Below are positions 51,871-64,000 of a stretch of DNA of 64,000 nucleotides, in pieces; the stretch's first letter is position 1, and each line of letters opens with the position of its first letter. Below the pieces are notes generated by a model that saw nothing but the letters and a program-made list of their open reading frames with translations, did not search any database and was not told the DNA's origin. The translations under genes were made by a program, and so were the position numbers. This stretch comes from Lama guanicoe (taxonomy: Eukaryota), in contig MU054323.1 of NCBI GenBank assembly GCA_013239625.1, positions 17,860,029 to 17,924,028 on the forward strand, written 5' to 3'.

Positions 51871-53479
51871 GTTATGTGGCCGTAGGCAAGTAAGTGGTCT
51901 GTGCCTTATTTGTAAAAGGCACAGGCTATCTGCCTCATGGAACGTACAAGGATGCGTGAGAAGGCACTTTGAATACCACGTCACGGCTATATAATAAATA
52001 AAAGTGTGGTTATCATTTCCCTGTAACTACTGAAGCAGTTCGGGTGGTCTCGGAAGTATGCTTCTCTGGCTGCAGATTCATGCCGTGATTTAGAAATGCC
52101 TGTGGAGCTGTTGGAGGAGCCGGGAAACACATGGGAAACAGTGGTAAAGGCTGCCAAAGACAGAGGACCCTGCCCCGACTGTCATCTTCCTGCCGTGGCT
52201 GCCAGTGCTTTGAGATTTGGCTTCTTCTGCCATAAGGTTCTTGCCACCGGAAGGCGGTGAGCGCCATCCCCAGCTCCTGTTGGAGTGAATCCTTGATAAT
52301 GCATCCAAATTGGAGATTTTATGGCTCCTTTGTTTCTTGTCTCTGGTACCTACCAGGCCACCTGATTAGGAGAGGGTGAGCTGAAGAGGTAAAAGGAAGT
52401 GAAGTTCAGACTGGGCAGTTTTGCTTAATCATCCTTAGCCTTGATCATTACTTAGAAACTGTTGAAAATATTGTTTAAAAACAGCTCATAGTGTTTTTTG
52501 AAATTGATTTCAATCATCTGTCAGAACCTGGGAGTACAACTCCATCACTGAGCAAGCCAGCAACAAAAAAGGCTCTCTTCTCAGCCCCTGAAGCTGGCTT
52601 TCCAGGGGCTCCTGGTTTCCATTTATCTTGATGTGTCTCTGTGACGCATCCCGTCATAAATCCAGCAGCCCATCTGGTGAAGGGGACATGAGAACATTGC
52701 TCATGAGAGCAAATATGTTTATGTTTTTTCACAGTCTGAGCAGAGCTGTTGCCCTTGTCTGAATTTTCATAAATGAGCCCCACCAAGCGCTGCTTTCTTC
52801 CTCTCCCTGTGCAGTGGAAATTGGTGAATTCAGCTTGGTCCAGGACTCATGTTCAGGAAGGACAGGTACTTTTGAAAGTGTGGATCAGTTTGAAGGATTC
52901 TATCAAGGCACCTGCAAGGGGCCAAGAGTGCACTGCTTTTAAGGATAATTTGCCCCCAGACACTGCCAGCCCACTCTAAAATGGGCAGCCTTTCTCCAGA
53001 AAGTTGCTCTTTTCTGAGTAGTTGGGAAATTGCTAAAGCCATCAGTATTTATAGGTCATCATGTAGCAGGTGGGAGCTCTCTCTTTCCCTGTCTCTCCCT
53101 CCATTCCTCCCTTCTCCTTCCTCCCCCACTTCAGAGTTATGGTTTAGTTTCATTTTGTTGTTAGTTTTCAGTTTTTGTGGAACTGTATTCTAGACTCAGA
53201 AAGTAGGTCCTCCATCTAAAAGACACTTGCTAAATAAATGCTTGTTGAACAAATGAACAGACGAAAGAAAGAATAAATGAGGAGATGGTTGACTTTTGAG
53301 GGCAAAAGGTAGTGATTGATCCTAGGCCAATAATTTTCTTCCCAGGTGCTGGAGACAAGGGTGACATTACAAGTATTATAGTCCCTCAGGTCAAGATTCA
53401 CACTTTCCTGATCTGGCTTATTAAGTGGGTGGGAGGAGAGCAAGTGGATGGACACTGCCCTTTATTTAGCTTCAACTGT

Positions 53480-53640
53480 GGGCTAGGCATGGTTAGGACA
53501 CTTTGTTATCTCATTCGACCCTCATGACAATTCTGAGATTGTATTACTACCATTTTACAAGTGAGGAAATGGAGGGTCAGAATGGTGCAAGGTACTGTTC
53601 TAAGTCACACAGCTTGCTCCAAAGCCAATATTCTAGTTTG
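53480..53640 (-). mobile_element. MIR
   Basis: CCATTTTACAAGTGAGGAAATGGAGG...AAGTCACACAGC. Confidence 0.7.
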
Positions 53641-54829
53641 CATTCTTGTATGCTGCTTCTTATACACGCATATTAGACGCAGGAAAAAAACCATATTCCC
53701 AAGTTTCTCCCAATACTTGGAGTACAGAGGTTTAACCTTCTGATTAAATAAATACTTTATATTCATCGATGCTCACACTAAGTGAAAAAGTCGTGGAGAC
53801 TGGCGAGGGAAGAAAGCTTCAGTTTGCTTCCTGCACTGACTGGGTGCCTTCCTGAATCCAGGAGATTTTAACTTCAGGTGCGTGTTAGCAACGGCTTTAG
53901 ACCCGTGTACTACAAGACAGCTTTTGTCCAGACTGTATCGATCTCTCTGAGGTCGGCATGTTGTGACCAGGGCAAGAGTAACTAGAAGTGACTGTTGGCC
54001 TGTCCCTGTAACATGGTATCCCCTGTGGGAGGGAAGCTATCACAGTGCGTGGTGGCCCTGCCCCCACTGAGGCGGTGGCTGTGTTTGGTTTCACGTGAGA
54101 CGGGGCTCAGGGAACAAGGCGTGGGAAGCAGCGCTGGTTCCTGATGAGTCTGCCTTCTCTCCAGTGGCATTATCACGTTCCCCCTTTCCCACGCTGGCAA
54201 CTCTGAGATGGAGAAAAGGAACAGGACCTGTCTCCCCTTTGTGGTTCTCCTGTCTCCTGCTAGAGAGAGCAGGTAAAGGGAAGAAGATGAAACAGGGAGA
54301 GAGAGGGAGAGGGGGAGGGAGACTGCCCAGCCAGCTGGGCTGAAATCCTCCATAAGCCACATAAAATCACATCCTCTGTTTAGCTTCTAATCATAAATCC
54401 CCAACCCACCAGCTAAGTCACTGATGTATGCCGTGATGGTTCTGAGAAACTGAGAATCTTTGGTTTTCAAGTTTTACATATTTTATTACTTTTTATTGTA
54501 GACCCAGCAAAATAACTAAATTAAAGGAAATTTAAATTTTAATTCAGCAAACCAGTCATCATCCACTATGCTAACCGAATGACAGTTTCCACCTTTGTAC
54601 AGGATCAGACCTGTTTGAACAGTGTTATTTCTTGTTTTCTCTACTGTCACTATTTTTTTAAGCTGATGTTCAGAATCTCTGCAAGAGGTTGAACCTATCA
54701 GGCTTGGCCTGAACCCTCCCTCTTTGGACCCTAGAGATGATGTGTTTACAGTTAAAGGAACTCACCTGAGTCTTGCCTTTAAGGAATAGTCCAGTTGTCT
54801 AGGTTTGTTCAGGTAAATAAAATAGTAAC

Positions 54830-55075
54830 AGTAAAAGTAGTAGTAGTTATAATAATAATGATGATGATGATGATGATGGAAGTTTGCACTAACAGTATTA
54901 TACAAATATTTATGTTATGTAAGTATTATATGTTTAATCCTCCTGTGAGATAGACTATCACTGTCCATTATTACAGCTGAAGAAGCTGATGCCCAGAGAG
55001 GTTAAGTAACTGGCCAAGGGCACACAGCTAGTGAGTGATGAAGCCAGAATGCAAATCCAGGCTGTCTTGCTCCAA
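54830..55075 (-). mobile_element. MIR with adjoining (TAG)(TAA)(TGA) trinucleotide microsatellite
   Basis: AGTAGTAGTAGTTATAATAATAATGATGATGATGATGATG, then CCCAGAGAGGTTAAGTAACTGGCCAAGGGCACACAGCTAGTGAGTG. Confidence 0.8.
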
Positions 55076-55267
55076 AGAGAATATAGAGTGAACATAGATA
55101 TAATTCCATGCTTCTAAAAAGTTGATTCTCCATTAGAAATAAGTAGCTATAGCTGAACAAGCTAGTATGTTGTGGAGAAAGAATCTAAGCAAAGAATAAC
55201 ATTCACACCTTTCAGGCACTTGCTTTTGCTTTAATTGGAATCTTACTCACCTTCATCTGGAAATCTC

Positions 55268-55560
55268 CTCCCTCCAGTACAGTAGCCACCAGCCATGTGA
55301 GACTACTGAGTACTTGAAATGAGGCTTGTCTGAAAGGAGATGCGTTAAGAGGAAAACAGACACAAGGTTTCAAAGACTTGGTGTGAAAAAAGTGTGTAAA
55401 ATACCTCATGAATAGTTTTCAAAATATTGATCGCATGTTAAATTAAAATATATCAAACTTAATGTCACCTGTTTATTTTTGTAGTATGAGTATTAGAAAA
55501 TTTAAAATTATATATATGTGTGTATGTGACTTGGATTCTGTTTCTGCTGCACAGTGCCAC
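55268..55560. mobile_element. MER33/MER3-like hAT-Charlie element
   Basis: GTAGCCACCAGCCATGTGAGACTACTGAGTACTTGAAATG...TTTCAAAGACTTGGTGTGAAAAAA...TAGAAAATTTAAAATTATATAT. Confidence 0.8.
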
Positions 55561-57109
55561 GCTAGATCTACTGATTTTATATCTCTCTCCTTCATGATGG
55601 GTTTGCCCTTCGGCCCTGGTTTTGGTCATTTGGGGCTTAAACATCAGCTTTAAGCTACTGTCCTTGGTTTATTTATCTAAATGAGGGCTATTCATACTCA
55701 TTCATGGAGGTGATAAGGAAAACCTTTTCTTTTGTCTGTTGAGCACCCGATTCCCTCTGAAATTAAATCTTTTGGACAGGAATGTGGCAGCCAGCCTGCC
55801 CTGTGACCCCACAGTTGATCTTTCCTCTTGAAACTGAGGTGTGTGCAGGCAGAGCTCGTGGGAAAAGACTTCTTCATTTCTCTGCCATGGGCCAATTATG
55901 GAATCCCAGGTTGCCTTCGAAATGCAGACTGTTCACGGACCCCTTCACCTGCTGGAGAAGCTGAGCATCAGTTATACTGTAGTCATCAGCCACTGTAAGC
56001 AACTTTTTAAATGTCGTGGACCTAGAAAAAAGTCACAGCCTCGGCTCTTAAGGAACTTGGGACGTCCAGAGGGAGGCAGACTTTCTGATCTGTTCGGAAA
56101 TAACAAAGACAGTAATTAGAGCCAGATTGTGTGGCTCTGCCTGTAACATTAAAATAAAGCCAGAAAAGAGAGGGAGCTGCGTGGGCTGCAGTCTTCAGGG
56201 AAGACGTTTTGAATGAAGGCTGTGGGCCTGGAGGGCTGAGTAGGTTTTGGACTGTCATTGGGTGAAGGCTGTAGGCATAGGGGAAATGGACACGACACTG
56301 CCAGGGGACACATCTGGGCGGGGTGGGGGTAGCACCTGGGGACCAGTCACCGGTAAGTGTGAGTGAGTCGGGGGCAGAGATAGATGATGAAGGTCCATAA
56401 CCTGGGCTTGATTCAGGGGGAAGTTGATGGTACGTTCTTGGATGGGGCAAGACAGCTAGATGAAAACCCCAGGTTTGTTGCTCTCAGGGACCACCAGAGA
56501 TTTCTCATTTGTTTGCCTAAGTGTGGAAGTTGGTACATTTGCACAGCATTAAAGCTACTCAACAATTAATTACATAGCACTTACTATGGTTCAGATGCTT
56601 TATTTTTAAATAAATACATAATTATAAAATAAATATGTAGTTACATTACGGCAAGTAAAACTGTGTTCCACTTACAGTTACCAATATAAAGAAACCTTTT
56701 TAAGTTCATGATACTGTAAAAGACAGGTGGATAGAGCAAAACTCTGAAAGGTTTTCATGCTCTACATTACAGATGGGCAACCGAGGCTGCAGCGGCCCCA
56801 GATCTTCACACAGCAGATTGATCTGAGTGGTGCCCAGGGTGGGATGGAGGGTGGAGAGGTAGTTGGCCAGGAGGCCAGTTAGCCTGCTGTTTAGGAGTGA
56901 AACGGACTCTTTATGGTCTTGTGAGAGGTGCTGAGAGTGGAGAGGAAACACAAGAGCCACTGGTTAGACCATTGTTCAGGCAGTTCTTTCATGTGTCTCT
57001 TTATCTCTATGTGCATTTGAGTTGCTCTGCGATACTCATTTAGGGGACAGACTCCTAGAGTGTGGCAATGGTTCTGTTGGTGAACGTGGACAGATGCCAT
57101 GAGATAACT

Positions 57110-57305
57110 CGTAATTGAATGCCGACATTTGTAGAGTGCTTAGAGTGGGCCACATCCTATGCTACGTCTCTTTCAGCCCTCACCATAACCCTATGTCTGT
57201 CTTGATTCCCTCTCTTACAGATGAGGGAACCCAGGCTCAGAGAGGTTAAGTAATTTGCTAGAAGTCACACAGCTGGGATTCAAATCCGAGTCTGGCTGAC
57301 TGCAA
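57110..57305 (-). mobile_element. MIR
   Basis: TTACAGATGAGGGAACCCAGGCTCAGAGAGGTTAAGTAATTTGC...GGGATTCAAATCC. Confidence 0.85.
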
Positions 57306-58944
57306 CTGCCTCTTCATTGGTTGACCCTGAAGACTTTTTACAACATCTTCTGCTGTTTTTCACTTTTCTCCCTCATTTAACCTAGAGTGTGGGTTTCTGT
57401 AACTTAGCTTGGAATTTGATTCATTTCTCCAACCAGCAGAAACAACAGAAATTCGCCAGCTCATAAGCCCCATTTTTCACCCCTGTGCAGCATATTTATA
57501 TATCTTCTTCTATGCTTTATGGCATTATTAAAGTGGCTCTCCTTGGCCCTTTAAGAAGCTAATTAATCACTAAAAATAGACCACAACGTGTTCTTTTCAA
57601 CCCCCCCGCGTGTCTCTTCCCCACATTGTGTGATGCCATCTGGTGCTGTGAGCTCATGCTTCTTGTGTTCCTTTGCAGAGAGCCAGATTCATTGCTCTCA
57701 AAACCCGGAGAGCCAGTTAATTTCAAAGTTTGCATGCATGGCTTTGAAAAAATTTGAATCTAATGCCTCCTTGTGGATTTGCCCAGTATCACTTTTTAAC
57801 ATAATTTCTCACGGAACTTCTGTCTTTACCACCATTTGTGGATCTATGGATGCTTGTCTTTTTACGAAAAGGACCTAATTTGTCTTTGGCAAGCCACCAA
57901 GAAACTCCAGGTCTCTTCCTGTGTGATTTTTTTGGTCAGGTTTCATTTTGTCAATTTTACACGAGTGCTGTAGGCAGCCAAAGCTTAATAATATACTTTC
58001 CTCTTTGGATCTACTTGACTTTCTGCTATGACAGTGGAACAAGTGTTCAAGAATAAGAAAATAAATCTGCTAATGGCAGGCCTCTGACACAACTGCTGAT
58101 CTGTCCTTTACTTCATCTTTCTCTAATCATCTTCCGAGGGAGTGGAGCACCAGGGCCATAGAGGATTTTCTTGCAAACTCCAGGGGGATGCTCTGAGTTC
58201 ATCACAAGACTCCCTCTTTGGGATCTTTGGGTACTGCTTGTTACTCTCCAGTCCAGACCTTGTCACTCTCCCTACCTCCTTTCTCATCTCTTTTCAGAGT
58301 TCTTGGCAGTTTAAATTTAGCCTGCTGGGGAAGGAAAGGTAATTTGGTGATGCATGCACTGCTTACCTCATTCCTGGCACGTGTGGGACTCCCCTGGGGG
58401 AGCTGGAGAGCACTGGGCTGGCTGCCTGCCTCCTTTCTGCTACTCTGTCTGCCCGCTGGGATCATGCCTGTTCCCAGCAAGGGGCAGAGGAGGAGATGGG
58501 CTCTGAGAATATTTGCAATGATGTAAAAGGGACCACACGCTTCCCTAGCACAGGAATTGGTCTAAGGCCAGCCCCTCTGAGTCTGAGAGAGCAGTTTCTC
58601 CTCAGTGCATTCCTCTCCTCTAGCATTGCACAGCTTCCAGGAGACGCAGGTCGGATGAAGCCACTGAGTCAGCCACGGAGCCCATCCAGTCTCCAAATAA
58701 CACATGCTGAAAGGCATGGGTAATACACAGACAGGAGCCTCAATCAGGTATCAGCTTTGTTTCCAAAAGAGCATACATTTGTACTAAACTGAAAAATCTG
58801 TTTTTCACTTCAAACTGACAGTTCATTTAATAACTATACTTCTCACTACCCACAGAATTAAGATGCATTTCTAAAAGATTAATGATTTCTAACTTTGCTG
58901 AGTGAGCATTATATGAAGTTTGGGTAACAGCATATATGTTAAAG

Positions 58945-59082
58945 CTTGGTTATTACTTTGCACTGTGGCCTAGGGCTAGTTACTTAACCTCTCTGAGCTT
59001 CAGATTTCTCTGCCTACCTAATGGAGCTAATAATACATATTTTATATCTAGCCCTTAGAGGGTTTTGGTGAGTATTAAAAGA
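58945..59082 (+). mobile_element. MIR
   Basis: AGTTACTTAACCTCTCTGAGCTTCAGATTTCTC; abuts the large L1. Confidence 0.75.
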
Positions 59083-62000
59083 ATTTTGTCAAATGCTTTT
59101 TTTTTGTATTTGTGAGATGATTTTGTAGTTTCTATGCTTTATTCTATTGATATGGTGTATTACATTAATTCACCTTCATTTGTTGAAACAATCTACATTC
59201 CTGGCATAAATTTCATTTGGTTGTGATGTACAATCTTTTTTATATGTTTCTGAATTTAGTTTGCTAATACTTTCCTGGGGACTTTTGAATACGTACCCAT
59301 AAGAAATATTTTGTGATATTCTTTTCTTGGGATGCCTTTTTTTTTTGTATCAGGGCAATACTGGCCTCATACAATGATGTGAGAATTACTTCCTCCTCTT
59401 TTTTTTTTTTTTGACGCTTTTATGAAACGTTAATTCATCTTTAAACATTTGGTAAAATTCACTAATGAAGCCATCTGGACTTCTCTTTGTGGGAAGTTCT
59501 TTTACTAAGTTAATTACTAACGCAATCTCTTTACTTGATGTAGATCTATTCAGATGTTCTATTTCTTCTTGAATCAGTCTTGGTAGTTTGTATCTTTCTA
59601 GGAATTTCTCATTTAATATCCATTATCTAATTTGTTGGCATATAATTTTTTCGCAGGATTCTCTTAATACCACTTTTTATTTCTGTAAGATTGTTAGTAA
59701 TGTCTTTTGTTTCATTGCTGATTTTAGTGACTTGATCCTTCTCTCTTTTCATCTTAAATGATCTAGATAAGGATTTGTCAATTTAATTAGTCTTCTCAAA
59801 GAACCTATTTTTGTTTTTATTTTCCCTATTTTTCTATTCTCTACATTATTTCCATTCTAATTATGTAATCTGTCTCCTGCTTTGTGTTTAGTTAGTTCTT
59901 CTTTTTCTAGTTTCTTCAGGTGGAAAGTCAGGCTATTGATTTGAGACCTTCTCTTTTAATGTAGGCATTTACAGCTATAAAATTTCCCTCTAAGCACTGC
60001 TTTGGTTCGATCCCATAAATTTTGATATATTTTGTTTTTGTTTTCATTAATCTCAATTTCTTACATTTCCCTTGTGGTTTCTTTTTTGACTCATTGGTTG
60101 TTTAGAAGTGTGTTACCTAATTTCCACAAACTTCTGAATTTCCAAAATTTCCTTTTGTTATCGATTTCTAATTTCATTCTATTGTGGTCAGAGAACATCT
60201 TTTGTATGACTTTCTTTTAAATTTATTGAGATGTGTTTTATCGCCTAACAGATGGTCTACCCTGGAGAGTGTTCTGTATGCACTTGAACAGAATGTGTAT
60301 TCTGCTGTTGGGTGGGGTGTCTGTAGGCGTCTGCTTTGTCTAGTTGGTTTATTGTGTTGCTCAAGTATTCTGTTTCCTTGTTGACCTTCTGTCTAGTTGT
60401 TTGCCCATTACTGAAAGTGGAGAACTGAAGTCTCCAACTATTATTGTTGAATTGTCTATTTCTCTCTTCAATTTTATCATTTTTTCCAAGTGATTTGGGG
60501 CTCTGTAGGTAGGTGGATATATGTTTATAGTTGTTATATCTTCTTAGTTGATTGACTCTCTTATCATTATCAAACGTTTTTCTTTGCCTCTAGTAACAGT
60601 TTTTGTCTTGAATTTAATTTTGTCTGATATCAGAATAGCCATTCCAACTCTCTTTTGGTGCCTGTTTGCACGGTATATCTTTTCCCATCCTTTTACTTCC
60701 AACCTACTTGTGTCTTTGAATCAAAAATGTGTCTCTAGTGGACATCATAGAGTTGGATCATGTTATTTTATCTGTAATGCCAACCTCTGCTTTTGACTGG
60801 AGTGCTTGGTCTATTTACACTTAATGTAATTCCCTTTATGTTTACCTGTGTTGTAATATTACAACTGTTCTTCATTTCTTAATATGGATTCAATTACTGT
60901 CCTTTCATGTCAGCCTGAAGGACTCCCTTTAGTATTTCTTGTAGGGAAAGTCTGCTAGTAACAAGTTCTCTCAGTTTTTATTTAACTGGAAATATCTTCA
61001 TTTTTCCTTCATTTCTGAAGGATAACTTTCTGCATATAGAATTCTTGGTTTATAATCTTTCTTTCAGTGCTTTGAATATGTCATCCCACTCCCTCTGGTC
61101 TCCACGTTTCCTGATGAGAAATCAGCTTCTAATCTTTCGAGGAACCCTTATACATGATATGTTCCTTTTTTCTGGCTGTTTTCAAGATTCTCTATCTTTG
61201 ACTTTCAACAGTTTGATGATGATGTGTCTGGGTATCGATCTCTGTGAGTTTACCCTATTTGCAGTTTATCAGACTTCTTAGATGTGGCAATTCATGTTTT
61301 TCATCAAATTTGGGAATTTTTTGACAATTGCTTCTTCAAATATTCTTTTTATCTTCTTCTCTCTCTCCTCCTTTCTAGGACTCCCATTATACTTATTTTG
61401 GTATGATGGATGGTGTCTAGTCACTCTTTGAGGCTCTGTTCGTTTTCTTTATTCTTTTTCCTTATTTTCCTGAGACGAGATAATCTCAATTGATCTGTCT
61501 TTAAGTTTTCTGATTCTTTCTTCTGCCTGTTTAAAATTCTTTTGAGACCCTCTAATAATTTTTTTTTAATTTGTTATTGTACTTTTCAACTTCATAATTT
61601 CTTTTCTTTTCTTTTTCTTTTCATAGTTTCTGGCACTTTACTGATATTCTCTATTTGGTGAGACATCATTCTCATACTTCCCTTTAGCTCCTTGGCTACG
61701 TTTAGTTCCTTTAATTCTTTGAACATATTTAAAACAGCTGATTTAAGGTCTTTGCGAGGTAAATCCAGTGTTTGGTCTTCCTTAGTGACAGCTTCTATTG
61801 ACTGGCTTTTTTTTCCCCCATGTGTGAGCCATATGTTCCTTTTTCTGTGTATGTTTTGTACTTTTTTATTGAAAACTGGGCATATAAAATCATATAATGT
61901 AACAACTCTGGAAGTTAGATTCTTCCTTTTCTCCAGGGTTTGCTATTGCTTTTCTGTTGCTGCTGTTTGTTTCTTTGATGACTCTTCTAAACAAATTCTA

Positions 62001-62215
62001 TAAAGTCTGTATCCTTTGTCATATGTGGGCCCTGAAGTTTCTGCTTGGCTATCTTAGTGGGAAGCGAATGATTGGTCACAGGTGTCCTTAACTGCCTGGA
62101 ACCAATAAGTTCCCAGTCTTTGCCGACAAGCTCTGTACGTGTGTTGGGGGCATGTGTTCAACCCTGCTTTAGCCTTCACTTCCTGCTTACATGGAGCCTC
62201 AAGGTTAGCCGAGGA
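59083..62215 (-). mobile_element. Old L1 (L1M-type), about 3.1 kb, antisense to TMEM178A: decayed ORF2 EN/RT, ORF1 and 5' region; 3' end absent
   Basis: T-rich antisense L1 text: TTTTGTCAAATGCTTTTT, GGTAAAATTCACTAATGAAGCCATCTGG, GCATTTACAGCTATAAAATTTCCCTCTAAGCACTGCTTT, TGAAGTCTCCAACTATTATTGT, TTTAGTATTTCTTGTAGGG, GATGAGAAATCAGCT. Confidence 0.9.
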
Positions 62216-62539
62216 AGAGTATCAAGTGGAATGATAGTTTGGAAAAATACAAATGTAAGCTGTTCAGACATTTGCAGTCTGTTATCTGTTGTTATTCTCA
62301 TACCAGATCATTTGCTCTTTGTAAGCACAGGTATTTTCTGACTTTTAAACACATAACTTATATGTCAACACTGACTTATATGCCTTAGACCTCACAACCA
62401 CTGCCACGGACCCAAGTTGAAGAAACAGAAAAATAAAAGAGCTTTGAGCTTTTAGAGAATCTGTGGTTTCATAAGAAAAAAAAAGAGCTTCCACAAGCAG
62501 AGTTAGTCCTGGGTAGTGTTTATAAAGCTGCCTGCATCT

Positions 62540-62680
62540 TAACTTGGGATATTCTTTAAATTTCAGGTTCGTGCCTCCATTCTGAAACTTTTGATTGAGA
62601 ATATCTTGGGTGGGGTCCAGGAGGCTACATGTTTAGCTCCCCAGGTGATTCTTATGCACACTGATGACTGAGACAGTTCA
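62540..62680. mobile_element. MER5A-like fragment
   Basis: TTGGGTGGGGTCCAGGA...GCTCCCCAGGTGATTCTTATGCACACT. Confidence 0.6.
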
Positions 62681-63688
62681 GGGGAGATGATCCTGTAGAT
62701 GCCTTCACATAAGGGACTAACTGGCTCATGATGTAAACGGTGCTCAAATATTAATCTCCCCCTTTCAATGCCTGATTTTTAAAAAATTTCACTGTATCAT
62801 TACATTTCCTTGAATTCCACCAATTAGAGATTTATTTGCATCATGAGGATATTTTTTAACAGCTGCTGGAGTTAAAGGATTAACTTTAACTCACCGCTCT
62901 TTAAAAATTAATCAGATTGCATTTATACAAACTGACCAAGATGACTTACAATGAAAGAAGGATATTTTGTTTTGTTTTAATTTGAAGGGAGGATAGATAC
63001 TTTCAGGGGATTCAGAAGACTTTAGGGGGAAAATAAGCCTGTGTTAATTTATGCAATAAAAGCATGGGTTGGGAGGGAGGGTAGGAGAAGATACCAGAGA
63101 AAACAGTGGGTACACTTGCCCGTTTCAAATTATTGTGCATACAACCAGAAAAGGGAGGGGAAAATTTCTTTCTCCTTTCTGCTTTCAATATTTCCCTTTC
63201 TCTTATGACCTAGAATTCAGGGCAGTAAACTTTGTATTAAGGAATTACATCGGCTGCTCTAGGGTTAGTTAGGCTCTCGTGGGTTCTCCGCAGATCTCAT
63301 CACCACTTCATCCACCGTGTGGAAGATTGTCTTTTTTGGAAAAACGTCTCCTGGTTTCCAAATAACACACTTCCTAATGAGCTTTTTGATTCAGTCCACT
63401 CGAGAGTTTGATGTTGGATCCAGTTCAGATGTACGAAATTTATCTGTGTTAACTTAAAATTCTAAGCTAATCTCTTCCAACCATCTGTATACTTTTAGGC
63501 CATTTTCTCCTTGAGGAGTTTTGTGTTTAGTTAATACAAGTTCAATGTTGAAGAAACAATTAGGGGAGTTTAGATCTTGATCCCATTTAATACATTCAAA
63601 AATGAAGCGTAATTTTAAAAAATCATTGCATGTTTTGGGCATCTACTGCTCTGATTTGCCTCTATTCATGTGAGAAATAGAGAGATGA

Positions 63689-63946
<258 letters not shown>

Positions 63947-64000
63947 TGAACAAAAAGTGTTCCCACCCGCCCTCTCAGGGTTGGACTGAAAGATGCTGTG

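Noticed and set aside
54091..54098. Single TCACGTGA (CLEAR-like) motif
   Set aside because: An isolated 8-mer far from the TSS is compatible with chance in 64 kb.

Overview
Mammalian genomic DNA, most likely a camelid: it carries tRNA-Ala-derived SINEs beginning GGGGAGGGTATAGCTCAGTGG and a recurring L1 3' end, and I saw no Alu, Bov-tA, PRE1 or ERE elements. The species call is inference. The only protein-coding gene supported is the 5' part of TMEM178A on the + strand. Coding exon 1 (28369-28768) lies in a CpG island, followed by a 35,020-bp intron 1 and the 114-nt exon 2 (63789-63902); the remaining exons are beyond the window. The rest is intergenic or intronic DNA rich in L1, L2, MIR, MaLR/ERV LTR and hAT (MER5/MER33-like) relics; subfamily names are from memory of consensus motifs, not a database search. 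I found no convincing new gene system. The most unusual signals are small: an internal L1 ORF1/ORF2-junction fragment with no 3' end or poly(A) but a 20-bp flanking duplication, a 49-bp locally templated insertion with a hairpin junction inside an LTR, a perfect CACGTG-N5-CACGTG element in intron 1, a rare GAG acceptor on a frame-symmetric exon 2, a hairpin made of two CTCF-like motifs, and a candidate upstream core promoter.
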